Virus record (IMG/VR): IMGVR_UViG_3300032087_006189
Strand: one strand, 5' to 3'
DNA: 64,000 nt
Source: a virus
Positions 1 through 8,849 of this stretch are shown here, piece after piece (the stretch's first letter is position 1; each line of letters starts with the position of its first letter). Both the position numbers and the translations under genes were made by a program. The notes under the pieces are model-generated. The model saw only the letters and a program-made list of their open reading frames with translations. It was not told where the DNA came from and made no database searches.

Positions 1-1152
1 TGCTGCGCCAAGAATCGTCGTCTTCGTGTGATTGGAAACGAACTGCAGGGGATTGGTCTGGGTGGGAAGCTGTGCCGCCTTGAACGGCTTGAGAATCGCA
101 GCGCCGTACCCAGATGCCGACGCAGGGATGATCTCTTGGATTGAGTTCTTGCGGTCAACATTGTTTCGGATCTTGCGAGTCAGGGAATATGCCGTCTTCC
201 CCTTTGTCAGCTCTTCTGCGACAAAGTCTTCGACCCCGTAAAGGCGCTTGTTCGCGATTGACTGTCGGTCGTCTTCCTTCGCGCGCCCCTTACTGATGTC
301 CACCAGCTTCTTCGCAGAGAGAAGGAGTGCCTCTCCAGTGATGCTGGAAAACTCCTTTCCGAGCGCAGACTTCATGGTCTGCTTGCTGACTTCCGCACCC
401 TCAAAAGTAGCGCGGGTAAATTCTCGCGCAACGGCAAGGCTGGGCTGCTTGTACTTCGTCTTGTCCCTACGACCTTCAATGGCTTCGTGAAATTTGACGA
501 TGTCAGCTGGCTTGCTGTACCGCTTGTTGACCTCGTAGACCCCATCTCCGAGCGCAGCTCGAATCTTGGCGTCGTCGATTCCCATCGCGTTGAGAATGGG
601 GATTACTGGAATCTTACGAGTAGAAGATCCTCCGCTTTTGATCTGAAGGTAGATGAAGCCAACCTTCTTGGGGTCTCTTCTTTCGATGAAGATGTCGAAC
701 GAGCCCACCTTGCTACCTGCTGCCACATTCCACTTGGCAACCAAGTCCCCGTTCTGGGCCTCTGCGTGGTACGCGCCGGGGTTTAGGCGGAACACACTAT
801 CGAACTGCTTCTCATTTCCATCAACAATGAAGCTGTAGCGCGTGGTGATCTTGGGCAGCTTCCCCAAGGTTCTCTTTCGCTGATCAATGACCTTGCCGGT
901 TTCTTTTTCAATCAGCCGAAAATGTCCGACAATGTCAGGTCCCCAAGTGTTGCCATTGAGTCGTGCATCCAGCTGGCTGTCATAGTTCGCGGGATTGAAC
1001 TTGGCAGATCCTGTCGCAGAGTCGTCTTCGATCTCGAGCTTTGTCAGCTCAAGCCGGTGAACGTTTCCCTCGATCGGAAACTGCGAAGAAATGGCTTCTT
1101 TGGTCTTCTGGACCAGAAGCCTGTAGGACTCGAGGGGGTTCAGATTCGGCAT
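1..1152 (-). CDS. Multisubunit RNA polymerase beta-like subunit, N-terminal 384 aa (continues past window start)
   Basis: Translated manually, not in the ORF track. ATG at 1152 with GGAGA upstream; frame open to base 1. Contains GKLPKITTRYSFIVDGNEKQFDSVFRLNPGAY (cf. RpoB [32 protein letters not shown]), RKIPVIPILNAMG (cf. RKLPATIILRAL) and QTNPLQFVSNHTKTTILG (cf. DQNNPLSEITHKRRISALG), in RpoB order. Confidence 0.88.
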   Translation of the reverse strand, partial: MPNLNPLESYRLLVQKTKEAISSQFPIEGNVHRLELTKLEIEDDSATGSAKFNPANYDSQLDARLNGNTWGPDIVGHFRLIEKETGKVIDQRKRTLGKLPKITTRYSFIVDGNEKQFDSVFRLNPGAYHAEAQNGDLVAKWNVAAGSKVGSFDIFIERRDPKKVGFIYLQIKSGGSSTRKIPVIPILNAMGIDDAKIRAALGDGVYEVNKRYSKPADIVKFHEAIEGRRDKTKYKQPSLAVAREFTRATFEGAEVSKQTMKSALGKEFSSITGEALLLSAKKLVDISKGRAKEDDRQSIANKRLYGVEDFVAEELTKGKTAYSLTRKIRNNVDRKNSIQEIIPASASGYGAAILKPFKAAQLPTQTNPLQFVSNHTKTTILGAA

Positions 1153-1179
1153 GAAACTTCTCTCCGGAAACCGTCATAA
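1152..1179 (+). promoter_or_regulatory. Putative phage promoter TGAAA-N16-GTCATAA
   Basis: Copy 1 of a motif present at all five divergent junctions. Confidence 0.55.
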
Positions 1180-1219
1180 CTATAACAGCCGGAACATAGC
1201 CACCGGCATTGGAGTACAC

Positions 1220-1321
1220 ATGACCACGATGTTCATTCATTTGTCGTTCTGCAGCACCGATCCCGCCGATGAAGGGGGCAACGACCCCTTCGGCGGCACT
1301 GACCGCTTCGGAGAGTGGTAG
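1220..1321 (+). CDS. Small hypothetical peptide (33 aa, MTTMFIHLSF...FGEW)
   Basis: GGAG RBS at 1211, ATG at 1220, downstream of the promoter motif; below the ORF track cutoff. Confidence 0.3.
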   Translation: MTTMFIHLSFCSTDPADEGGNDPFGGTDRFGEW

Positions 1322-1413
1322 TGATTTCGACGATCTTCTGGATGGCTGCCATTGTAGCAGCCATCCAGAGTTCTTCGGACATCATCGACGATGAGATCAA
1401 TGCCGAAGAGTAA
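1315..1413 (+). CDS. Small hypothetical peptide (32 aa, hydrophobic N-half, acidic tail)
   Basis: GTG start; overlaps both neighbours; VVISTIFWMAAIVAAIQSSSDIIDDEINAEE. Confidence 0.3.
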   Translation: MVVISTIFWMAAIVAAIQSSSDIIDDEINAEE

Positions 1414-1735
1414 GAAAAGCAGCCTCCGGGCTCGGCTTCGTGCCGAGCTCGGGGCGCTGCCCGATCGACCACACGCTACTGTTTTACTCCCTAAAACTCA
1501 AGAGGAGGACACGCTACAGCACTACTGTCCGCTGATTGAGGAGAAGTGCGGACTGATGGAGTGCCGGGGGTGTGAGGCCATTCACAGCGCAATCTCCTAC
1601 GACGAAACCTGGGTCTGCTCAGAGTGCGTGGGAGAGGGCCTCAAGCCACATCCGTACTGGACTGCTGGAGATTGCGACAGCTGCGGGGACTACAGTAGCT
1701 TTCTGATCTTGGTGACAGATGCCGATACCGTATGA
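1391..1735 (+). CDS. Cys-rich hypothetical protein (several CxxC, putative Zn-binding); start may be 1400
   Basis: CRGC, CSEC and CDSC motifs. Confidence 0.6.
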   Translation: MRSMPKSKKSSLRARLRAELGALPDRPHATVLLPKTQEEDTLQHYCPLIEEKCGLMECRGCEAIHSAISYDETWVCSECVGEGLKPHPYWTAGDCDSCGDYSSFLILVTDADTV

Positions 1736-1970
1736 GTGTGAATGGTGCGGAGCAGCGGCAGCAAGGAATGAGAAGATGGTGTGCCTCTCTCGGCACACCG
1801 TTCTTCGTGGCCCTCGCCACTACCGCCTCAAAGAAGCAGAATTCTCAGACCAGGGACCTGAGATCATGCTGCACGAAGCCTGCCTCATCCAGAACTCAAA
1901 GGAGATTCTGGAGAGGCTGTACGAGGGAGTTCAGGTCGATCCTCCGAAGAAATGGAAGATCTCGGCTTAG
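1719..1970 (+). CDS. Hypothetical protein (CxxC...HxxC)
   Basis: CEWC and HEAC motifs; overlaps upstream gene; converges on the portal stop. Confidence 0.55.
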   Translation: MPIPYECEWCGAAAARNEKMVCLSRHTVLRGPRHYRLKEAEFSDQGPEIMLHEACLIQNSKEILERLYEGVQVDPPKKWKISA

Positions 1971-4021
1971 CCGACCTGTCTTCCGGGATCGGCCTGCGGA
2001 TTTCCGGCCGGCGCGGGGTTCTTCATCGCGTCGGCCGGGTTTGTCTGGGAGCCCCGGTCATTCATTAGCTGTACTACCAGCTTGTAGAGCGGCGGGTTTT
2101 CCATCTGCATCTGCTGGAGGGCCTGGTACATGGCGTCCTCACCCTGCTCTCTTTTTAGCGTGCGGAAATACGACGCCGCTCTTTGCGCGATGTACCGAAG
2201 GTCTACGCCGCCAGAACCAGGCTGAACTTGCGACTGCATCCCTGCCATTGCGGCTGGCATGCCTGCCTGGTTCGGGCCTTGCGCGTTTTCTTCGTACGCT
2301 GTGGCCCCTTCCGGAAGTCCTGGCGTCTGCTGGGCAGCATCTCCGCCCTGCTGCTGCTGCTGCTGCGGCTGTTGGGCCTGCGCAGCTTGCTGTTGCTGCA
2401 TCTGCTGAGCCTGGGCCTGCTGCTGCGCCTGCATCTGCTGCTGCTGCATTTCCATCTGGGCTTGCCCCTGCGCCTTGAGCGTGAGGGCTTGAGCTTTTGC
2501 CTGATACCGAGAAGTACGGAGCTGGGCCTCGCCCTGAATATCGGCAGCAGCGACCTGCATTCTGCGGTTGGACTGGAGCTGCTTCTTGATCTCCTCGCCC
2601 ATGCGCTCGGATTCCAGATCGAAGTTCTCTCCGATCTCCTCCATGAGGCGGCGATCCGAAATCTTCTGTGCCTGGTTGAGCTGCAGATAGAACATCGACC
2701 GCTGAAGGTCGTCTGCCATGCGGAACTTGTCGAACCGAGTGGGCACCTTCGGCCACTGCATGAACGATGCGATTTTGCCCATGATGAAGCGGTTCACGAG
2801 CTCATGGCGCTGCTTGTTGTACCCGAGGAACATGTTCTCGAGTGCGCGCAGCGAGGTGCTCGATCCACTCCACTGCAGGCCGCCGAAGATGAACTCGACC
2901 GGGATACCCGCACCCGCAAGCATCTGCTCTGCCAAAAGCCGCATCTCTTGGTACATCAGCAGGGCTCGACCCTGTCCGCCGATCTGCTGAAACCCAATGT
3001 TCACGGGCAAGACCGGGATGTAGTTGTGATCGCGCTTCCACATGTTGATCTCTTCATCAACGCGGCGCTTCCAGTTGGTCAGGTTGTACGACCCATACGG
3101 CCCTTCATTACCTCCCGTGTTCTGTCCCGGGAAGATCATCCGCATCGGGACGATGTTCTCCATCAAGACAGCCTCGTTCGCCTTCTTCATCACCTGCAAG
3201 TAGAACGCATCCTTGAGCAGGGGGAAGATCAGGGGAGTGCCCCAGCCCTGATCCTTCTGCGCGATGGTCGGGCGCTTGAGGTGGTAGAGGTTGTCCTCTG
3301 AGAACAGGAGCGACTTTCGCTTGCGCGCAGCTTCAAGAAACTCGATGGGCAGAGACTCGACCGTGTCCTTGTCCCCCATCTTGATGTCGTTGACGACACT
3401 ACGAGGGAGCCGGAAGTAGTACTTCGTGTGGCCGGTGATCTCGTTGTGCTTGATATCGATGTTCTCGGGGTTCCAGCGCACGAGACGGATCTTGCGGAAG
3501 CTCCGCATGTAGACATCGTGCTGCTTGGCGTAGCCCTGGTGTCCGCAGTCACACTTGTGGATGTAGAACTGTGAGTTGCGCCACTTGTAGCGGAAGCGGT
3601 TGGTCTTTGCGCGGTACCGGGTCTTGCAAGAGGAGCAGATCAGGTACTTCTCAAACGGCAGGAAGACCGAAACAAACGCGTTGCCGTAGACGAAGTAGTC
3701 GAGACCGACCTCGACTTGGAACGACCGCAGCTTTAGGTGGTCCTCTACCCCCTTGTAAAGCTTCTGCAGCTCCGGATCTTCGGTCTCGAATACCAGCGGA
3801 GTAACTGGATACTCTGCCATCTTCGAACATGCGGCGTTGATGACCGGATTCGTCAGGTAGTAGTACCGACACCACTTATGCAGCTCATGCTGGTTCGCTG
3901 GAAGAAACTGCTGAGAAACATCGAAGAAGGGGGACGGGTAGCGAATCCCGAAGCCGCGACCACCCTCGGCCGTGACTGGGCGCGGATTGAACCGGTTTAC
4001 TTCGCTTGTGATCACATTCAT
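1967..4021 (-). CDS. Portal protein with Cys-rich insertion and Gln-rich C-terminal extension
   Basis: YYLTNPVINAACSKMAEYP, DYFVYGNAF, LYHLK and GWGTPLI motifs typical of portal proteins; 684 aa. Confidence 0.72.
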   Translation of the reverse strand: MNVITSEVNRFNPRPVTAEGGRGFGIRYPSPFFDVSQQFLPANQHELHKWCRYYYLTNPVINAACSKMAEYPVTPLVFETEDPELQKLYKGVEDHLKLRSFQVEVGLDYFVYGNAFVSVFLPFEKYLICSSCKTRYRAKTNRFRYKWRNSQFYIHKCDCGHQGYAKQHDVYMRSFRKIRLVRWNPENIDIKHNEITGHTKYYFRLPRSVVNDIKMGDKDTVESLPIEFLEAARKRKSLLFSEDNLYHLKRPTIAQKDQGWGTPLIFPLLKDAFYLQVMKKANEAVLMENIVPMRMIFPGQNTGGNEGPYGSYNLTNWKRRVDEEINMWKRDHNYIPVLPVNIGFQQIGGQGRALLMYQEMRLLAEQMLAGAGIPVEFIFGGLQWSGSSTSLRALENMFLGYNKQRHELVNRFIMGKIASFMQWPKVPTRFDKFRMADDLQRSMFYLQLNQAQKISDRRLMEEIGENFDLESERMGEEIKKQLQSNRRMQVAAADIQGEAQLRTSRYQAKAQALTLKAQGQAQMEMQQQQMQAQQQAQAQQMQQQQAAQAQQPQQQQQQGGDAAQQTPGLPEGATAYEENAQGPNQAGMPAAMAGMQSQVQPGSGGVDLRYIAQRAASYFRTLKREQGEDAMYQALQQMQMENPPLYKLVVQLMNDRGSQTNPADAMKNPAPAGNPQADPGRQVG
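2340..2460 (-). repeat. CAG-rich poly-Gln tract in portal C-terminus
   Basis: Runs of ctgctg on the + strand encode MQQQQMQAQQQAQAQQMQQQQAAQAQQPQQQQQQ. Confidence 0.85.
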
Positions 4022-5076
4022 GACTGCTCACCACTCTGCCCGAATGCCCGGTCTACCAAAGATCCTGCGCCTCCGGCAATGTCTCCTGCCGCTCCCTCAA
4101 GAGGGGCCATAGCCAAGCCCGCAGCCGCGGGAACGAGCATCTTCTGACTGAAGAGTGACCTCTGGCTTGCCAGGGAGGGATCGATCTTCTTGAGGAGGGG
4201 ATTGAAGACATTGGACTTTGAGAGTCCCATGTTTCTTCCAGCCAGAAGATGCGCAGTCCCTGCCGTAAGGCCGGCACCGACTGCTCCTCTGGCCAGCCTC
4301 TCTGTGACGCCCCGCTTGTTACCGTACTCGTCAGTACTTGGGGCTGCCCCACCGAGACCCCCGATAGCTGCGCCGCCAACTTCCATAGCGCGCTCTCCCG
4401 GAATGTACGTCCCGATACCTCCGCGAAGGTTGACGCCCTGATCGGCCGCTTCTTGCCCGATCCTTCGGTATACGGACTCAATGTCTTTGTAGTCTACTCT
4501 GCCTGCCTTCTGGGCTTCTTGAATAGCCTTGATGTCTCTCTGAAGCCCTGCGCTGGCCTCAAATCCCTTCTCACCTTTAAGCCAGCTGCGCAGACCTCCC
4601 GATGAACGCTCGCCGACAGACATCCAGCCGCCACGTCTGGCCGCTCCCGCCCCTTCTCTTAGAGCATCATGCTGTGTGGCAGTTCCCCTAAGCGCGTCTT
4701 CGAAGGCCTCGTTCATGATCTCTACACGCTTTGACTGAGCGGCTCTCCGAGAAAACTTGTCGGCGCCTTCTCCAACGAAGCTCGCTCCGGTGTTCATCCC
4801 TCGGCGCATAGCCTGAACTGGGTTTTTGGCCGCGGCCGATACGTTGCCCAAAAACTTCTTGGCAGCTTTCGGGTTTGTAGCCAGCGCGCCAGCTGCGACA
4901 AGGCCTCCAGCAGCGCCCAGGGCGCCCATGGTTCCGCCAAAGTTTCTTTTGAAAAACCCAGGCTTCTTCTGTTGCTGTTGCGGCTGTGGCTGAGCAGCAG
5001 TCACGGGCTTGGCAGGCTGAAGCGCAGACAGCTTGGTCATCTCTTCAGAAAACGCCCGAAACACCAAAGTGTTCAT
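4018..5076 (-). CDS. Gly/Ala-rich putative internal virion protein
   Basis: 352 aa; N-terminal AFSEEMTKLSA; hydrophobic Gly/Ala segments; coupled to the portal gene. Confidence 0.6.
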   Translation of the reverse strand: MNTLVFRAFSEEMTKLSALQPAKPVTAAQPQPQQQQKKPGFFKRNFGGTMGALGAAGGLVAAGALATNPKAAKKFLGNVSAAAKNPVQAMRRGMNTGASFVGEGADKFSRRAAQSKRVEIMNEAFEDALRGTATQHDALREGAGAARRGGWMSVGERSSGGLRSWLKGEKGFEASAGLQRDIKAIQEAQKAGRVDYKDIESVYRRIGQEAADQGVNLRGGIGTYIPGERAMEVGGAAIGGLGGAAPSTDEYGNKRGVTERLARGAVGAGLTAGTAHLLAGRNMGLSKSNVFNPLLKKIDPSLASQRSLFSQKMLVPAAAGLAMAPLEGAAGDIAGGAGSLVDRAFGQSGEQS

Positions 5077-5867
5077 CTTCTTACTCCCGCCGAAGCTCGA
5101 TAAGAGAGCAACTGCTGAACTCCCTCAACTATCTTGTACGCGCAGATGTCATCTGCAGTTTCTTTGGCTGCCCGCCTACCGGTCAGTAGGTCTACCAGAG
5201 CTTTCTGTACTCCGGCAGTCGGGTACTTCTGGACTGTTCGGACCTTAGACCCGTCGTACCTTTTTTTGAGATCGGGACATGGCTCCAGCTTCATCAAGCT
5301 GTCTGCATTGTACCGATCGGTACAGTAGCTACAAAGGCCATCACGCTTCGGGCTTTCCTCATTTCCGCATTCGTCGCAGATCTGAGTCACACCTGAGATG
5401 AGCTCATTCACGAAGTCCAAAGGCTCGGGTACATACCAGATTCCAGAATCCAGGAGCTGCGCAGCGATGTACCGCTGAACCTCTTCTGCGTAGTCTGGAA
5501 CATTCGTGGCCGGTCCCAGCTCTCTTCGGATCTGATTGGCTACATCCACCGCCACCATCATCTCGCCAACAGAGTGGTCATCGAGATGGGAGACGGTAGG
5601 GATCTTGCCATTCAAGCCCTGACAGACAGTATGAAAGGTCTGCCAGCTATCCCAGAACCTGTCGTGATTCGCGACAGCAATCGCGGACAACAGCTTGAAA
5701 AATGCTGCACGAGAGATGTTGGCCTGGGTTCGATCTTCCACCGACTGCTTGATGACCGCAGGCTCCCATTCGAGTGCCTCCGGCCCAAACATAGCCAGAT
5801 AAGACTTGAGAAGAACGATCGGGTGCGTTTTCTCGTCTTTGAAGATTTCGGCCTCAGTAGCCGCCAT
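5073..5867 (-). CDS. Hypothetical protein with Zn ribbon (CDEC...CSYC)
   Basis: Likely start ATG 5867 (MAATEAE) overlapping the end of the upstream gene. Confidence 0.7.
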   Translation of the reverse strand: MAATEAEIFKDEKTHPIVLLKSYLAMFGPEALEWEPAVIKQSVEDRTQANISRAAFFKLLSAIAVANHDRFWDSWQTFHTVCQGLNGKIPTVSHLDDHSVGEMMVAVDVANQIRRELGPATNVPDYAEEVQRYIAAQLLDSGIWYVPEPLDFVNELISGVTQICDECGNEESPKRDGLCSYCTDRYNADSLMKLEPCPDLKKRYDGSKVRTVQKYPTAGVQKALVDLLTGRRAAKETADDICAYKIVEGVQQLLSYRASAGVRR

Positions 5868-6948
5868 TGTCGGTATCCCGGGACTGCGATGCCAGTCGTG
5901 CCACAAGGACCTGCTGCTCGAGAGGCATCGACTTGAACGATGCTACTGGATCCTTGCGGAACCGATCACGAATGTCCTCGGTGAACACATCTTCCATCGC
6001 GTTCGAAGCCATGCTGCCGGAGTAGCGGCGAAGCTGCGTCTCGGTAACGTAATCACCGCCGTGATTCCAAGAGTATTCCGCTTGCTTTTCCGTAGCAAAA
6101 ACAGCAAGAACCGGGTTGGGCAGTGCCGACCCATACTTGTTCAGGAGACCTGCACGCTCATCCATCAGGAACAGCGCCTCAACCACATCATCTGGATCCA
6201 TCGCTGAAGCCATCTTGCTGAGGCGGATGTAGTCCTTCTGGTAGTCCTCGTTTGCGGTGTACTGCGCTCTGCGCGAGGCAACCTTTTCGAACCGAGGGTT
6301 CAGGCTTGTTCCACTGTACTGGAAGATGTGCGAAGGGACGGAAGCACCGACAGCAGATGCCAGCTTGACGACATCTACCGCTGCTTCGTGCTTGTCGTAG
6401 GGATCCATCTCGTCCCAAGCACGGATAGTCTCGGAGATAGCATCAAAGGCACTGGCTTCCTTGACCTGACCTCGGTGCGTGGGCTCTGCCATGCCGCGGC
6501 CCATGGGGCGCATGACCTGAGAAGGCTCATACACATCGGGGTTGCTGTACTGCGTTGATGAAGCGGTCTTGACATAGAGCCGGCGACCGTCTCCCGGAGT
6601 GTCCAGGTCTTGTGCTGCCAGCAAGGCCAGAGCAGGATGCGGACCCATTCCGAAGTCCTCAGCCGCGTTCAGCAGATTTGCAGAAGCAACCTTCACAGCC
6701 TCGGGAGGGAGGTTGTGATCGACATTCATCAGGTACCACTGAGACATCAGAGTGTTGCCCGGATCGTGGCAGGCGAACTTTCTGTGCTCCTTGCCCTCGC
6801 TGTCTACGAGGATGACAGCGAAATCTCGATCAAGGAGATCGTCCCGCTCTTTCCACTGGGCGGTCTTCAGCAACTCAGCGGCAGATTGGGCCATTCCTGA
6901 CTGCCGAAAGCTCGCGCAGAGATCGTCGTGCTGGTCGATCACGGGCAT
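5854..6948 (-). CDS. Putative head/prohead protein with repeated KxAS motifs
   Basis: AGGAG RBS; six exact KxAS plus KTAQ and KQAE in 364 aa; first gene of the portal operon. Confidence 0.65.
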   Translation of the reverse strand: MPVIDQHDDLCASFRQSGMAQSAAELLKTAQWKERDDLLDRDFAVILVDSEGKEHRKFACHDPGNTLMSQWYLMNVDHNLPPEAVKVASANLLNAAEDFGMGPHPALALLAAQDLDTPGDGRRLYVKTASSTQYSNPDVYEPSQVMRPMGRGMAEPTHRGQVKEASAFDAISETIRAWDEMDPYDKHEAAVDVVKLASAVGASVPSHIFQYSGTSLNPRFEKVASRRAQYTANEDYQKDYIRLSKMASAMDPDDVVEALFLMDERAGLLNKYGSALPNPVLAVFATEKQAEYSWNHGGDYVTETQLRRYSGSMASNAMEDVFTEDIRDRFRKDPVASFKSMPLEQQVLVARLASQSRDTDNGGY

Positions 6949-6969
6949 TTTTTTGCTCCTAAAGAGGGA

Positions 6970-6996
6970 TGCAAGATTTCGAATACGCTGTCATAA
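6970..6996 (+). promoter_or_regulatory. Putative phage promoter TGCAA-N15-GTCATAA for the replication operon
   Basis: Copy 2 of the motif; ~34 nt before ATG 7030. Confidence 0.6.
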
Positions 6997-7029
6997 GCGT
7001 AATAGCACACCAAACGGAGGTTAGTGCAA

Positions 7030-7470
7030 ATGGGAAGATTCTCTAGCCGGTTTTCCGACGACGATGACGACGATACACGCCGCCCATCAAAGCCGGAATG
7101 CTATGGCGATCCTGACTACTACGATATCACGCACCAAGATTGTCGCGCATGCAGTTTCAAGGGTACCTGCAAGCTGAAGGTATCCGCGCTTGAGCGAGAA
7201 GAGAGTAGGGGCCGGCGCAAAAGTCGGTCTCGCAGTGAAGAAAGAGGCCGATCTTCCGGCAGGATGGTGCGGAAGAGGGACCTCGACCTCGACCGTGAGT
7301 ACGAGTACGAAGATGCGAATGAGGAAGACACTTTCTTCTCGGTGCTCGCCTACAACTCGACGCTAAATGCCGCAACGGTGATGGCGTCGACCCTCACAAA
7401 TTCCCTCGGGGACCTACCTCGCAAGAGATACCGACCCCAGGCACAGAGAAAGCGGAGGATTGAAGATTGA
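7030..7470 (+). CDS. Hypothetical protein with Cys cluster (C-x11-CxxC-x5-C) and Arg/Ser-rich tract
   Basis: GGAGG RBS at 7016-7020; first gene of the replication operon. Confidence 0.7.
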   Translation: MGRFSSRFSDDDDDDTRRPSKPECYGDPDYYDITHQDCRACSFKGTCKLKVSALEREESRGRRKSRSRSEERGRSSGRMVRKRDLDLDREYEYEDANEEDTFFSVLAYNSTLNAATVMASTLTNSLGDLPRKRYRPQAQRKRRIED

Positions 7471-8840
7471 TCAGACTGCCGATCCTGGAAGACGATGTCG
7501 CCTACCAAGGTCGGCATCTTTTTCTTCCAAAAACTCGTGTGAAGAAGAGTGTGATGGAAGGGATGCTGACATTCGGGGACGATCCCTCGGTTGGAAGCAG
7601 AGATCTGGTGGTTGACCACATCAATCACATCCAGGTCCCTCGCTACACACTGAGCGATGAGCAGTTGGATGCGCTGGGATGTGAGGTAAAGAAGATTCAG
7701 CCCACATTTGAGCGCATCTCTCTGAACGCAAAATCCACCTTCTCGATTCGCCCGAATCAGAGAGAGGCGTGGGAGCATCTTCGGGAAGCCGATCGAGGGG
7801 TCTTGAACTTAGCCTGCGGCAAGGGAAAGACTGTCCTCGGCTGGCTAAAGGCTGCGCACGAGAAGGTTCCGACCCTCGTTGTTAGCCCGCAGAGAGCGCA
7901 CCTCGACAACTGGCTTGCGGAGCTCAACGAGTTCTTCGACCATGACGGAGAGGTGGGCTGGATTCAGGGAAAGAGATTCGAGTACGAAGCAGACATCTGC
8001 ATGTCTACCGTGCAGACCCTCGCTGCTCGCGCGGAAGAAGGGAGACTGCCGCCGGACTTCTACAGTCGATTCGGTCTCGTCATCTACGACGAGTGCCACA
8101 TCATGGCTGCGGACTTCTTCTCGAAGGCAAGTGCCGTGGGCTCAGGCATCCGCCTGGGCCTTACGGCCACGCCGACAAGAACAGACAAGTGTGAGGGGGT
8201 CTTCTTCTCTCACTTAGGTCCTGTGTTCTACAGCGACATCACGCAAGACCTGACCCCGACTGTCTTTGTTCTGGAGACCGGGGTGTTCTATTCGGATGCC
8301 GAACGGCGCTCGATGCTGGACAAGACCGGGCAGATGAACATTGGTCGCCTGCACAAGACGCTGGCGGCAAGTGCGGACAGGAACGTGTTGATCCAAGAGA
8401 TCATCGACCAGTGCCTGGCGAGAAAGAGAACGATCTACGCGCTGTCCCACGGGCCAGAGCACATCGAAGAAATGCAGAAGCAAAACCCCGGCAGCACGGT
8501 GATTCATGGTGGGACGAAGTCTTCCGACCGCCTTGAGCTATTGAACGCAGGGAGCTTGGTGTTTGCATCCATCGGAGTGGGCGCAGCAGCCTACAATCGG
8601 AAGGATTTAGACACGCTTATTTTGATGACTCCGTTCGCTGCACGGGCTCACTCAGCCATCACATTCCAGCAGAGTGTGGGGAGGATCCTCCGGGCCTTGC
8701 CCGGAAAGAGGGATCCATGGGTGTTCTTGCTGATGGACAAGTCTATCGACACCTGCCGGGGAATGATTCACTCGTTGATCCGGAAGTCAAAAGAGAGCGG
8801 ATATCGAGTGATAACGAAATGGAACTGGAAAGACATATAG
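7467..8840 (+). CDS. Superfamily 2 DExH helicase (UvsW/ResIII-like)
   Basis: Walker A LACGKGKT, DECH, LGLTATP, motif VI QSVGRILR. Confidence 0.92.
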   Translation: MIRLPILEDDVAYQGRHLFLPKTRVKKSVMEGMLTFGDDPSVGSRDLVVDHINHIQVPRYTLSDEQLDALGCEVKKIQPTFERISLNAKSTFSIRPNQREAWEHLREADRGVLNLACGKGKTVLGWLKAAHEKVPTLVVSPQRAHLDNWLAELNEFFDHDGEVGWIQGKRFEYEADICMSTVQTLAARAEEGRLPPDFYSRFGLVIYDECHIMAADFFSKASAVGSGIRLGLTATPTRTDKCEGVFFSHLGPVFYSDITQDLTPTVFVLETGVFYSDAERRSMLDKTGQMNIGRLHKTLAASADRNVLIQEIIDQCLARKRTIYALSHGPEHIEEMQKQNPGSTVIHGGTKSSDRLELLNAGSLVFASIGVGAAAYNRKDLDTLILMTPFAARAHSAITFQQSVGRILRALPGKRDPWVFLLMDKSIDTCRGMIHSLIRKSKESGYRVITKWNWKDI

Positions 8841-8849
8841 GAGGTTCGA

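Noticed and set aside
1732-3301. Long plus-strand ORFs (248 aa, 372 aa) with Leu/Ala runs
   Set aside because: Antisense or off-frame readings of the portal CAG tract
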